Shown here: positions 24,666 to 38,695 of the stretch, in pieces
How the letters are laid out: every line of letters starts with the position of its first letter
Position numbering within the stretch: position 1 is the first letter of the stretch
Assembly: GCA_964016885.1 (NCBI GenBank)
Contig: OZ024741.1
Location: 95,232,001 to 95,296,000, forward strand
Reading direction: 5' to 3'
From: Eledone cirrhosa
Lineage: Eukaryota
DNA: 64,000 bases
The notes under the pieces: generated by a model
What the model was told of the DNA's origin: nothing
The model's input: the letters and a program-made list of their open reading frames with translations, nothing else
The model's database searches: none
Made by a program: the position numbers and the translations under genes

Positions 24666-24800
24666 TCGTGTAGGTGTCACGACAAAAAAACACACAGTCC
24701 ACGCTGTAATGTGGCCGTGTAGGCAACACGGTAAAAACCTCCCAGACCCACACTGTAAATGTGGTTGGTGTTAGGAAGGGCATCCAACTGTAGAAAACCT
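24666..24800 (+). promoter_or_regulatory. Predicted chain of H-type RNA pseudoknots in the RTE 3' UTR
   Basis: Consecutive stem / loop-pairing modules with compensatory substitutions between subfamilies. Confidence 0.6.
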
Positions 24801-24856
24801 GCCAGACAGTCCTATGCGAGCAAGACAATCACTCTTGCCTCAAGTGGGACTACCCC

Positions 24857-24889
24857 CGTCCAAACCCATGCAAGCGTGGAACACGGACG
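24857..24889 (+). promoter_or_regulatory. 3'-terminal stem-loop before the (GAT)n tail
   Basis: cgtcc/ggacg and ccatgc/gcgtgg; pairing kept in RTE-B and SINE S1. Confidence 0.7.
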
Positions 24890-25860
24890 TTAAATGTTGA
24901 TGATGATGATGATGATGATGTTAATAATACTGTTTTGTTTGAAAGTTGACTTAGAAACTTCATTCAATAATTAGATGTTATACATTCCAACAGCTGTTTG
25001 AGACAGATCATATTCCTTTGTTTCTGTAGTAACGCTGATGGTAATATCTCATATCCATGTCACCAACATTGGTCGTACCTATCTGACTTTGTTGAGAAAA
25101 ATTCTAGTTTCATAAAAGTAGCAATTTTATAATCCTTTCATTAACATATTCCTAATGAAAAACATTACCTTTAACTTTCAAATCATTTTTGAAAATAATC
25201 AGGAATTTAGAGAGATTTAGTAATATTATTAACTTTCTCATTATTAAGTTGGTGTTTGGAACAAGTCTTAACACAGCTTCTGACATAAAATCATAATGGA
25301 AGGCTTTTAGATAAATATAAACACTTTAAAAAAGCAAGTTTTGTATCATAGAACTAGGGGTGGTTTCAGGTTGCTTGATATTAAAAAGGTTAAAAAGTAT
25401 GGTTTAATACCACCATCTGGCTCCCCTGTAAGTTTAGTGGATTCCATTCAACTACAAGCATTCAGGACCAGTTTCTGGTTTAAGGATACCTTTTTCATTC
25501 ACCCCCTCAAGTCTGAAAGGCCATGAAAAGTTGACAAAATGATAGAAAACAGGTTATATTGTTTTATGGCATCAATTTTTGTACTTTTGTGAAAGCCCGT
25601 AGTCTAGTAGTTAGGGTGTTGGACTCACAATCATAAGACGGCAGGTTTGATTCCTTGACTGTGTGCTACGTTGTGTCCTTGAGTAAAATACTTTATTTTC
25701 ACTCTGCTCCTTTTGCCAGAAATTGCACCTGGCAGATAGTATCAGCAATGGAAAGACCAATGGAAACATTGTTTCCTTGGTCTGATCTGATGATCAGCTT
25801 CTTTCTGTTTTCCTTTTCTTTTTTAGCACTTTACTGTTCTGAGTTCATATTGCTCCATTG

Positions 25861-25930
<70 letters not shown>

Positions 25931-27937
25931 GTTGATAAATGAAAAAAACAAAACAAACATAAGGATGCAAAAAAACAAAGTCATATTAGGTTCATGCTTG
26001 GAGGAGGGTTCATAATCTGACTCTAGTTTTTGAATACTCAATGACATCTAATAAGATACCACTTTTACACAAAAACAAATTTCGCTTCACTTCAATGAGT
26101 TCTAATAGGTTTATGATTCCTACTTTCCTACTTTAATTAGCTAGAATATTAAAGTATACATCATCATCATCATTGTTTAACGTCTATCTTCCACGCTAGC
26201 ATGGGTTTAGACGGGAATTATCCCACCTGAGGCAAGATTGGTCGTCTTGCTCGTATAGGACTGTCTGGCAGGTTTTCTACGGCTGGATGCCCTTACTAAC
26301 ACCAACCATGTATATATATAAATATTACTTGGCTCAAAACATATTCTCACAAGAAACTATACCAGTTTATAACTTGCTTTGTTGACTCTGTCAGGATTGG
26401 AACTCTAATAGAAGATATTACATAAATGTTCTATGATATCATTATATACACGAGCCTCTATGTGGCCACAGGGTCTGTTGGAAATTGTAATGAAATCTCC
26501 CTCAGATCACACCCTGCCATCTCAAACTAGGGCAGTGGATAGTTAGATAATATCATCTTTGGTTCCCTGAATGAACAAAGGGGTGGGGTGGGGGTGGGTG
26601 TAGACACAACTGGAATACTTTTGATCATAAATTTACTTGAACAGGGCTGGCCTGTGGTTAAACAGCAGTAACAACAGCAACAACAACAATGTATTACATA
26701 AAGGTGAATTAGGTTAAATATTTTGAAATATGTTTTTAATTTCAGTAAGAGAAATGTGAATCATTATTGCAATTATGAAGTTTAATCTGACAAGATGTAA
26801 TTAATTATTGATTCTAAGCAATTAACTGTCTTAATAAGTTGTTAGAGAGTTATTGGTGTACTAGTCTAGCAGTTAAAGAGTCAGTGGCTTGCATGTGCAC
26901 ATCAAAAATATGTTGTGTCTATATCCAAAACATTTAGCCTTTATTTAGCCTAGTCATTCTAACTTTTAATAGGTACCATAACATGATATAGTCCCAATGC
27001 TGTATACAGCAGTGCTGTAACAATTAACTGATCCATTACCATATTTCTTAAGAAATATGTTGAATGTTTCAATTAATTTTGAAAATATTCAAGAATTTGG
27101 AGGGTTTTAATAAAATAATTTTTTCATTAAGTTGGTGTAAAGAACATAACCAAGTTCTGATATGAAATTACGATGAATGGTTTTAATTTAGATAAGAACA
27201 CTTTAAAATAGACAATTTAATCACAGAACCAGAGTTGCTTTCAGACAAGCTGGTATAAGAAATGTGAATAAATGTTTCATTGTCTTGTACGTAGTGTTGA
27301 ATGTACTTTTTGTGAGTATTGCTTAACCGTTGTATTTTCATGGTAAAGGCTTTATCTCACATGATTATCTCACATAATATCGAATCTGAGATTTTGATAT
27401 TATTTATTTTGAGAATAATTGTTTCTTCTTTTGGCACAGGGCCAGCAATTACCCAGTGCATTACTGGTACTTTAGTTTAACGACCCCGTAAGGATGAAAG
27501 GCAAAGTTAACCTTGGTGGGATTAACTTTGCTTTTCATCCTTACGGGGTCGAAATTTGGTTATATTCTTTATGCCAACTTAATGAAAAAATTATTTTATT
27601 AAAACCCTCCAAATTTATTTTGAGAATAATACCTTAACATCAGTATGAGTGGCCAATTATGGCCAGTTTGAATAGAAATAGGTGAGAGAATTCTGGCCAG
27701 ATATGGCTGGTTTAAATGTTAAAGGGTTAAAGATGTTATCAGTAGTAGCTGTAGTTGTTGTTCTTTAACCCTAGGTTAACCCAGATCCAACCAGGCCTAT
27801 GATGAAAATCTGTACAGCTGTAAACATCCCATCCTTTTTTTAGAAGTATGTAGCCTATCATTAGCACTTCTACCTCTACTACATCTAAAAAAGAACGTAA
27901 TCAAATATATTTTAGCAAATCTCTCTCTCTCTCTCTC

Positions 27938-28339
<402 letters not shown>

Positions 28340-28352
28340 TATATAATATATA

Positions 28353-29411
28353 TCGGTGCTCTGGTGCAATAAGTAGCAGCAAGTGCCCACAAACTACTAG
28401 CTCTTTCAATTGCGCAGAGGGTTCTATAGAAATAGTGGACAGCTTCCGTTACCTGGGCGATAAAATCAGCAGTGGGGGAGGGTGCTCTGAAAGTACTGTA
28501 GCTAGAGTCAGAACTGGTTGGAAAAAGTTCAGAGAGCTTATACCACTATTAGCTGCTAAAGGGTTCTCACTAAAAATGAAAGGCAGGTTGTACGATGCCT
28601 GCATACGAACAGCAATGCTGCATGGCAGTGAGACCTGGGCATTGTGTGCAGAGGATATACGCAGACTAGAGAGGAACGAAGCTTGCATGCTCCGCTGGAT
28701 GTGTAACAGTAATATACGTGAACGGCAAAGCATAAACGAACTAAGGAAAAAATTAGAGATAAGAGGGATCAGATGTTGTTTACTCGAGAGAAGGCTACGT
28801 TGGTATGGACACGTGATGCGCATGAAAGTCGATAGCTGTATAACAAAGTGCAGGGCAATAAAGATAGACGGTAGTCACGGAATAGGCAGACCTAGAAAAA
28901 CCTGGGACGAGCTGATAAACTCCGACATCACACACTTACACCTCTCCAAGACAATGTCACTGGACCGAGACCTTTGGCGGTACTCAGTAACAGAGAAGAC
29001 CCGCCTTACCTAAATATATAGTAAAACCTACTCCAGCCAGTAGGCATCTCTAACAAAATACACCCCGTCCCACCACCCCCACCCCCACCCGATCCACACC
29101 ACCCCGTTCTATGTAAAGTTATGTTGGTGCCGCGCCTTCGAGGCCGAAACAAATGAGATCGTGTAGGTGTCACGACAAAAAAACACACAGTCCACGCTGT
29201 AATGTGGCCGTGTAGGCAACACGGTAAAAACCTCCCAGACCCACACTGTAAATGTGGTTGGTGTTAGGAAGGGCATCCAACTGTAGAAAACCTGCCAGAC
29301 AGTCCTATGCGAGCAAGACAATCACTCTTGCCTCAAGTGGGACTACCCCCGTCCAAACCCATGCAAGCGTGGAACACGGACGTTAAACGTTGATGATGAT
29401 GATGATGATGA
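28353..29411 (+). mobile_element. 5'-truncated RTE-A copy
   Basis: Near-identical to 23892-24920; bounded by TA-rich arrays. Confidence 0.95.
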
Positions 29412-29443
29412 TAATATATATATATATAATATATATATATAAT

Positions 29444-29496
<53 letters not shown>

Positions 29497-29526
29497 ATAT
29501 ATATATATAATATATATATATAATAT

Positions 29527-29597
<71 letters not shown>

Positions 29598-29599
<2 letters not shown>

Positions 29600-29993
29600 C
29601 ATCATCATCATCATCACCGTTTTACGTCCGTTCTTCCACGCTAGCATGGGTTAGACGGGTTGTCCTGTTGTGGGCAGTGTCTGGTCGGCTGACCATGCCT
29701 TGCTCATACAGGAACTGATCTGGCTTGATTTCTACAGCTGGATGCCCTTCCTAACACCAACCTCATTTACAGTGAGTGCTGGGTGCTTTTTCGTGGCGCC
29801 TACACGTCCACTTTACAGTGTGGGCTGGGTGCTTTTTTGCCGTGGCACCTCCACGACCACCTTGCGGTGGGGGGGGGGGGGCATATCGTTTATATGCTTC
29901 AGCATGTACCCATGGGAGGTCGGGTACCCTGTATTACTGCGTGACGCCAGAAGTCACGGTCGTGTGTCATTGACTTTGAGAGGTGTAGTTGGG

Positions 29994-29995
<2 letters not shown>
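29598..29995 (-). mobile_element. RTE-B 3' fragment
   Basis: Matches 58931-59325; between long TA arrays. Confidence 0.9.
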
Positions 29996-30340
<345 letters not shown>

Positions 30341-30493
30341 GATTTGATTTGATTGCAAACTGATGAGCAGATTGTTGGAACTGAACTGGAGTCACTTCTA
30401 TCATATTGATAAAGACCTTGAGCAAATCCACTGTGAAAAAAACCCATTACATTACAAAGTGAAACTTATTTATTTCATATATATATATATATG

Positions 30494-30540
<47 letters not shown>

Positions 30541-31648
30541 ATAGAGAGAGAGAAATATATATGTATTCTTGTAAAGCACACCCACCTACATTTACACATA
30601 CAGTATATATGCGCTTTGATGTGAACTATAACTCCCTTTGAAAATAAAGTTATATATACATATCCAATATCTATCTTTTGTTGAAGAACCACCTTCAGCC
30701 TGTGTTTGTCTGCAATATAATCACTGGTGCAGCTGTGACCAGGGTTTTAAAAAACTGAAACCAATAAATAGATCCACCATCAAACAAACATTTATAAACC
30801 ATTTCAAACTAGAACTAACTAATACACATGTACCCATGAATGTCTACACACACACTCTCATACATGAACGACTGATAGACACTTTAAGGATCTTTTTAAA
30901 TATTTTATAGATCTCAGTCACTTTATTTAGAAGAATATCACTTTGTTTAATGCTAATTCTGTGTTTCTGTAAAATAACTTAACTATTAATTGCAATTTTG
31001 TAATATTTTTTAAAATATGTTCATGTGTGTATATTTATGTACTCTTTCTTTCTCTCACTTCTATTCCTCTTTCTCTCTTTCTCTCTATGTTTGTATATTG
31101 TATCTATTAAGTATTTTTCTGTTGAATTTTGACTAGAAGTAGTTGTGGGTGGGACTAATATATTTCATAGACTCAGCTATTTAACCAAGTATGATCATGG
31201 AAGGCTATTTTGTCAGCTGCTGGTAGCAAAATACTAAGTCAACCATGACGCAGTTTAAACAAGGAATCTAGGATTTTTAAGTGTGTTTCATTTTGTTATT
31301 CACTTGCTATTTTGTCTCATATTGTAAGCATGAATTTAAATATTTTTATGAATCCTTGAAGTGTTTTTAAGGCCATGAATAGCTGTGTAGTTAAGCAGAT
31401 GAAAAACCAAACTTATGATCTTAGTCTACTACCTTTTACCTTGCTCGGTAAATGGAGACAATGTGTAATCAAATGTCAGTTCAAGAGACACAATAAAATC
31501 CTTGCTGTGGGGTGAATTTGAATTTGCAGTAGTTGTTCCAATATTTTATCTATATAACATATCACCAAAGTAAACATTATCATAATTATTAAATATATAT
31601 AAATATATATATAAATTAGGATTGGTGCTCTGAAATAGCGATGTACAC

Positions 31649-31819
31649 ATGAATGTATGTATAGTATATTTGGCAATATACCGTATGTTTAATTAAAAAC
31701 ATTTTGAAGACCTTGCGCTATCATTTAAAGTAGTGACTACTTTAAATGATAGCGCAAGGTCTTCAAAATGTTTTTAATTAAACATACGGTATATTGTCAA
31801 ATATACTATACATACATTC

Positions 31820-31821
<2 letters not shown>
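31649..31821. repeat. Near-perfect 173-bp palindrome
   Basis: 86-bp arms around G31735, one mismatch; bracketed by a 28-bp direct repeat. Confidence 0.92.
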
Positions 31822-31852
<31 letters not shown>

Positions 31853-31869
31853 AATTAGGATTGGTGCTC

Positions 31870-32159
31870 TGAAATAGCATGCCATCGCTTCCGCACCCAC
31901 TCTATTTGCCAGATTTACCTCCTGCGAACCTACACCTTTAACCTTAAGATGAAAATCAAGCCCAAAGGTTGCCAAGATCCAGCATGAATTGCAGAAAGTT
32001 CTCGACAAGCTTACAAAAGATGACTTTGAGGCCAAATTCCAGTAGTGGCAGAAATGCCTTGCAAGGGGACTATTTCGAAGGAGATGGTTTTTAAACTTGG
32101 GTAAATAAAGTCCTTTTCAAATAAAGAGATAGTTCAAAAACGTTTTGACTTAGACTTAT
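31870..32159 (+). mobile_element. mariner transposon 3' relic
   Basis: LPHPLYLPDLPPANLHL (HPPYSPDLAP motif), KMKIK, GDYFEGD, then a TIR-like end and TA. Confidence 0.8.
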
Positions 32160-32706
32160 ATATATATATATGAGGGTCAGTTGAAAAGTCCATAGGCTGA
32201 CCAAGGTACTCTCATGGAATGACCAAATGAGGTATTTTTTTCAAAAGTTATTAATCAGAGGTGAAATTAATGCATGCAAAGTTTCATAGGTCTAGCATCA
32301 CTCGTGCCTATTGTGCATAATTATCTTTTTGTTTCTCTCTGGAATGTAATAAAATCAAATATTTGTGAGAAAGGCATTCTGAAGGTGATAAGAAATTTTT
32401 GCACAACACTAGCAATTTTTTTGATTGGTACTTTATTTTATTGACTTTGGAAGGAAGAAAGGGAAAGTTGACTCCAGCAGGATTTGAACTCAGAACATAA
32501 AGGTCTATAACTAAATACCTCAAAGGCATTTTTTCTGATACTCTAACAACATTGTCAATCCAGACATCCACAATCAAAACAATTTTTTATGGTTGTAGTT
32601 TGTAATTTTAATTAAAAGTGATATTGCAGGAAATCGTTTATAAAACATTTTTTGGTAATTTGAAGATATTATCTTTGTTGATTTACAGTTACATATGACA
32701 ATATAG

Positions 32707-32924
32707 AAGTGGATTGGCAGTATCGGTAGACTCATAGAGTTACGCATAGAGTTTGATGCATAGAGTTACGGTCCTTGCCATTCTGAGTTCAAATCCTGCC
32801 GAGGTTAACTTTGCCTTTCATCCTTATGGGGTCGATAAAATAAAGTACCAGTCACGCACTGGGGTCGATTTAATCGACTTTCCCCTCCCCCCAAATTACT
32901 GGCCTTGTGCCTATATAAGAAACC
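32707..32924 (+). mobile_element. SINE S2 whose (ATT)n tail hosts the Tx1 element
   Basis: A/B boxes, body, ggccttgtgcc end, (ATT)6. Confidence 0.85.
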
Positions 32925-33147
32925 ATTATTATTATTATTATTGGTCTAAGCGGACGTATTTTGCTCGCTCCCAGTAAGTCGCTTTATTTGCCTGTTAAAA
33001 TTATTTGTTGTTAAATATTTCTTGTTGTGTAAGGGATATAAGCCTTTAGACTTTGCCCTGTGAAGGGGAAAGTATAATATTTGGGCCATTTGGCCCAAAT
33101 ATTTGAATTTTTTTTACATGTTAAAACATTTACGGAGAAAAAAAAAC

Positions 33148-35117
33148 ATGGCTGAGCCACGTCCCCCAGCGATATGTCTGCTGTTGTGCGACAACGACGT
33201 GGAAGTTGAGAGGAGCGCTACAGCGAAATTAACACAAATTGATAACACAAACACCACCACAAACAATGTAAACAAAGACACCAATGATACCAATGAGAAC
33301 TCTAATTTTTAAAAAAATTACAGTAACAGCGACAACGAAAATACAGATAACAAAAAAAAAAATAACAAATACAACAATATCAACACCACTAACATGAAAA
33401 CAAATAGCGACAACACCAACAGCAACATTACCAACTGCTCCGAGAACAACGGTGGCAACAAAGACAACAATGATAACAGCGACAGTGTTAACAACCACAC
33501 CAACGAGAACAACGACAACAACAACAACACTCCCAACTAAAACAAGAAGAACACTTTCGCTGCAGCAGCAGCAAAAAAGAGGCCATGCTTCAACATGGAC
33601 CTCTCAAACAAAGATGAAAAGTTGGCCCAGGCATGGAAGCTCATCAAGCAAGAGCAAACCTGGGCCAACTTAACTGTCCCGGTAAAAGCTATTGAGGCAG
33701 TGGAGCGCAGAACGGTGCATTATAGATGCATCTCAGCACAAACCAAAAGGGCAGCTTTAATCCCACAAGAAGATGTCGAAGTCGCGCTGAGGTGCATCAG
33801 AGAAGACACCCAGTACATAGAGAGGGGCAGACAGTACGGCACCATTTCGGTGTTGTTCAAGTCAGAAGCCCTCGCTATGAAACACGCTATGACTCCTTGC
33901 AAAACCAGCAAGGTCATAATGTACCCCCTCCCACATGGGAAAAAGAACGGCCCGTCTCCGCATTCCCAGAATCCCACCAGGACTTGACATGTGGTGGCTT
34001 CTGGGATGTGTGATTGTGGAGGGGATGGATACCGTCCCTATAAAAGTGACCAGAACGGCCAGAGAGGAGTGGTCCGGGGTTGACCTGGAGATCCTTCTCC
34101 AGATGAGGCCCGAGAATTTGAAGACAATCCCGGACCACATCCGCCTTCAGAATGGGACGGTCATTCACATTATGACTGAAGGCAAAAGGCCGCAGTGTTT
34201 TGTTTGTGGGGAAAAACCCCGTTTGCGAGCCTTCTGCCCTCAACTACTGAAAGAGGCAAGGGGTCGAAAGGCTCCACTGTTGCCGGCGCCGGGGCGAGGA
34301 CCACAACCAATACCAGCACCGGCAAAACCACCAACAACAACACCAATAGAAAGACCACCACCAACATTGACCACCCGAGGAAAGCTGTCAAATTCCCCCT
34401 CCCCCCCAAAATACACACACCAATAAAACCATAAACATACATACAGACACACAGACACAGACCCCTCATCTACCAGTAGTGAAGATGAGGGAAAACCAAA
34501 ATCACCTAAGATACAAAAAAGGAAATACAAAAAGAAAAAAAAAAACTCAACAAAGCACAAAATCACCCACAATAAAAAACGCAGACACCACCCACGCAAA
34601 CATCTCTCCAACAACACCAACATCAACACCACTATCACCATCACCAGAATCCCCCAAACGCAAACAACCTAAACAGACGCAAGAACAAATATACACACAA
34701 ACATCTGAAACCACAGACACCACACTCACAACAAACACAGACACAACCGAAACAACACCACCAAAACCATCACCACCACAGCCACGCAAACAAATAAAAT
34801 CACACCAACAAAATATACAAAACTTCGTGCTCGTCAGGAGGGCCAACAAGGAACTGATGGCCCTCGTAGCACGAAGTGAAAATATACAAAAAGAGGGGGA
34901 AATTTTTAAATCGAGCACATTTCGCGTGCCGGAAGATTTGGTTCTGGTGCGAATGTCGCTCGATATATTCAAAGAAATACGAGACAGCTTTCCACGGGAC
35001 GTGGGAACCCCAAACGTAAAACCCACTTCAAGACTTTTAAAGGGGTTCCCAAAAGAAACTCCACCAACTATAGAGGTCGAACAACCCGACCTTCACAAGA
35101 GCCCAGAAGGTAAGTAA
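33148..35117 (+). pseudogene. Tx1 ORF1 (gag-like, zinc knuckle), disrupted
   Basis: Frameshifted fragments; RPQCFVCGEKPRLRAFCP knuckle remnant; T/N/P-rich low-complexity flanks. Confidence 0.7.
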
Positions 35118-35148
35118 ACCTTCCTCTATCTCTTTTTAACCTGCCAAC

Positions 35149-38100
35149 ATGGCCGTATTAAGAGTAGGATGTTTAAATGTTCGAGGCCTGGGATCGTCCT
35201 GGAAGCAGGGTCACCTGCTCAACGACCTCAGGTCTATAGAAATGGATGTAATTGCCGTCCGCGAGACCAGGATTTCCGACATGCGTGCACTAGCCCCCAT
35301 TTTCGACGACTATCAGATCTTTGCATCTGTTAGCCGGCCGGGAATGGGAGGAGGGGTGGCAGTGCTGTTTAGGAAAGGCCTGGATCTCGAGGTAGGGTCG
35401 ATCTTCCGGGACCCGGACGGGAAGTTGGTGGTCCTGGACGTGAACAATAACGAAGGTAGTGCCTTTAGACAGGTGGCCGTCTATGCTCCTACTGGGGCAG
35501 GACGGCCGGACTTCTTTAGACGCCTGGAAGTCTTTCTGGGTACGTCTCGCCCTTTACTGTTAGCGGGGGACTGGAACGGCATCTTAGATGCACGCTGGGA
35601 CTGTGTGGGAGTATCCGATAGGAGCGGGGGGTGCAAAAGCCTCAAGAACCTGATCAGCCAGTTCCAACTGTCTGACAGGTACCGACTAGATTTTCCTAAT
35701 GCGCCAGTGTGGACCTGGGCTAACCGCATAGGGTCATTTGATCGTATATAGACAGGATATTCATTAGGAAAATAGACAGAAATAGTGTAAGCTGTCCATG
35801 TTTTGAAACAGTCGCCTATTCAGATCACAAGTTTGTGATCTGTATGGTCGACCTAGATAAGACGCGTAGGTTAGGACCTGGTTACTGGAAGCTAAACATG
35901 TAATTTCCGGCACGTAAGGCTTACAGGGACCAGGTCAACAATTTAGTTAAGAAAAAGTTGACAGGGGGAGTCGTCAACAATAGATGGTGGGGGGCTCTCA
36001 AAAGAGAGATTAGAGTAATGTCGATAGAGTTTAGCAAAGAAGTAGCGTTAGAGAAAAATAGAAAGGAGGGGGAGTTGCTAGATAAGTTACATGAGGCTAT
36101 TGGTAGTGGCATTGCAACTGACGTGCTAGCGGCGAGAATGGCATTAGACCATTTCTTCAATGCGAAACACGAAGGTTGCATTGTCAGAGCTAAGGCGCGT
36201 GCTCTGAGAAACAAGGGAACCAAAGCTGTTCGATGGGCCCACGTGGCAGAGGCGCAGCGTGGTAATAAAACCACGATTCGGTCTTTGACGGACCGAGACG
36301 GGCACGAGCTGAGCAATTCCAAGAGGATGTGTGAGGCCTTTTGCCAACATTTTGCTCGGTTGTTCGGGGGAAGTGGCGGGTCAGAGATGGTGGCGGACTT
36401 CAGTCCCTACCTCGATGGCTTGCTGCAACTCTCAACGGCTGACACTGGGCGCTGTGAAAGGCCAAGATTCAGGATGCTCTTGTCGGCTGCATGAGGCGCA
36501 AGTCACCTGGTTTGGATGGTCTGTCCCACGAGCTTTACGTAAATATGCCATACTTGTTCCCCAATCTCCTCAAAGCCCTCTACTGCAACTGGCAGCAAAA
36601 CGGGAGTATTCTCAGTTCTGTGAGCCGGGGCATAGTGACGCTGATTAGGAAAGACGAGAACAAGAGGGACACATTAGACAATTTCAGCCCCATAACTCTG
36701 CTCAACACAGAGTTTAAGATTTTGGCCAGGGTGTTAGCGAAGAGGTTGGTGCTTGTCGTCGGGTATTTGGTTGGGGAGCATTCGATAGGGTCAACCATCG
36801 GTACCTGGAGGCTGTCCTCAAGGCGGCTGGCTTCGGCCCCGTCTTCAGAAGCTGAATCACTGCAATGCACAGCGGCACCTGCTCGATGGTCAAAATTAAT
36901 GGCCACCTCTCGGAACCGTTTCAGGTCTCCCGATCGGTCCGTCAAGGGTGCCCTCTCTCCTCCCTTCTGTACGTATTGACTCTCGAGCCTTTACTGCGGA
37001 AGCTGGAGATGTTGCAGGGCATCCCGCTCGAACCGGGACGCGGAAAGGCTGTGTCGGCTTATGCGGACGACATCACCGTGATGGTGTCGGACACCTCAGA
37101 AATCGAGGTGGTCGGCAACTTATTGGAGGAATATGAAAGGTTGACGGGAGCAAAACTTAACCCGGAAAAGTCAGTAGGCTTGCAACTCGGCACCTGGAGA
37201 GGCAAGTCCATGCCGTCCAACAGCGTCGTTAGGCGCTGGACGGACGGACCGGTAAAGTTGCTAGGGGTTTGGTTCGGGCCAGACCTCCAGGTGGATAAGA
37301 ATTGGGACGAGGTGACGGGCAGAGTAGCCAGTCTCACCCAGAAATGGGCTGGGATGAAGCTATTACTGAAAGGTCGGGCGGATGTGGCAAACGCGTACAT
37401 CGCGTCTGTCATCTACTACCGTCTGACCGTTGTCCCTTGCCCCCGTTCGCGCCTCACCATCTTGGAGCGGCTCCTCTTCAAATTCTTGTGGAGGGGTCAG
37501 GTTCCGCTGGTGAGGCGGTCCATCTGCTGCCAGCACCCTCTACGTGGAGGGATGGGCATGCCGTGGCTAATGATGCGCAGGCACGCGCTGAGGCTGCGGC
37601 ATCTCCAGATATTCTGCCTAAACGGTGAACAGGTGTGGTCACCGTTTGTCAGATGGGCCTTTCCGCAGCTCGTTTCTTTGACTGAGCTGCAGTCCTGGGT
37701 CAAGAAGAGACCGAGACTGGGTGACTGGCATCTGGAATGTTGCCAGGCACTCACTGCCCTCTACCAGGTGGGCAATGCGGTCAGTGGAACTTCCACTCTC
37801 GAGTTCTATAGAGGATTAGTGGTGGGCAAGTGCGACGACGCACTCGGAGAGGCTCTGGGAGTCAACGAAGTTGAACTAACCAGTCTGTACCGGAGGACTT
37901 TCGAGCCGGGGACGATGGATAATTTCCAAAAATCCCTCGCTTGGCAGTGCTACCGGGGGGCACTGCCGGTTCGAGATAAACTCTACAGGCACAGAAGTGC
38001 TGTCAGACGGACCTGCCCGAGATACGCGCAGAGCGACGAAACCGTTCTGCACGCACTCGTCCAGTGTCCGTGCATTACTGACTTGTGGAGTTATGTTGAA

Positions 38101-38430
38101 CAGCTGTTGTTGCATGTAGAACGGATCCGGCTATCGGCCGAGTCCATAGTGAAGTTCGACCCGCCGCCTTCTTTTGGCCAGGAAGGGCAGGCAATTTTCC
38201 TCTGTCTGGTGGCAGTAGCGAAAGAGGTTGTATGGTGAATGAGGTTGAAAGGACTGAAGACAGACACTTTTCTCTTCGGCCAATCCCTCATCAACTTTTT
38301 CAAGTTTCACTTGGAAAGGAAGGTGAGGGTGGAGAGAGAAGTGTTGCCCCCCAGTACATTTGCTGAAAGGTGAGTGAATGTGGCGAGAATGGCCCGTGTG
38401 AGTGGGCCTACTCTGGTCATGCGGCTGTAG
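35149..38430 (+). pseudogene. Tx1 ORF2 (APE, RT, C-terminal zinc finger), disrupted
   Basis: LNVRG, VYAP, GDWN, SPGLDG, PITLLNTEFKIL, SVRQGCPLS, AYADD, KLLGV, CPR..ETVLHALVQC; stops, frameshifts and a deletion near 36780. Confidence 0.9.
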
Positions 38431-38695
38431 GTAGGTAAATTTGAGGAGGAGAGGGGTGCCCTTCCAGGGTGCTCTCGAATCGTCGGGTCATTCAGGACTG
38501 GTGGGGTACCTGAGCGAACCCTAGGTGGTCATTCCCCCTATTGGGGAATTTTTTCTTGTAATTTTATGGTTACTTTATTGTTACTTTGTTATTGTTATTC
38601 ATATTGTTTAATCGATTTTTCTGTAAAACCCCACTGTCCCAGTCTTTTGTATTGTCCCCTATATGTCGGCCCTTGTGGCCACATAAATGAAATCA

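Larger units (their letters stand above)
20409..24920 (+). mobile_element. Full-length RTE-clade LINE (RTE-A); 5' boundary uncertain
   Basis: Single APE-RT ORF, structured 3' UTR, (GAT)n tail; upstream region with direct repeats. Confidence 0.9.
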
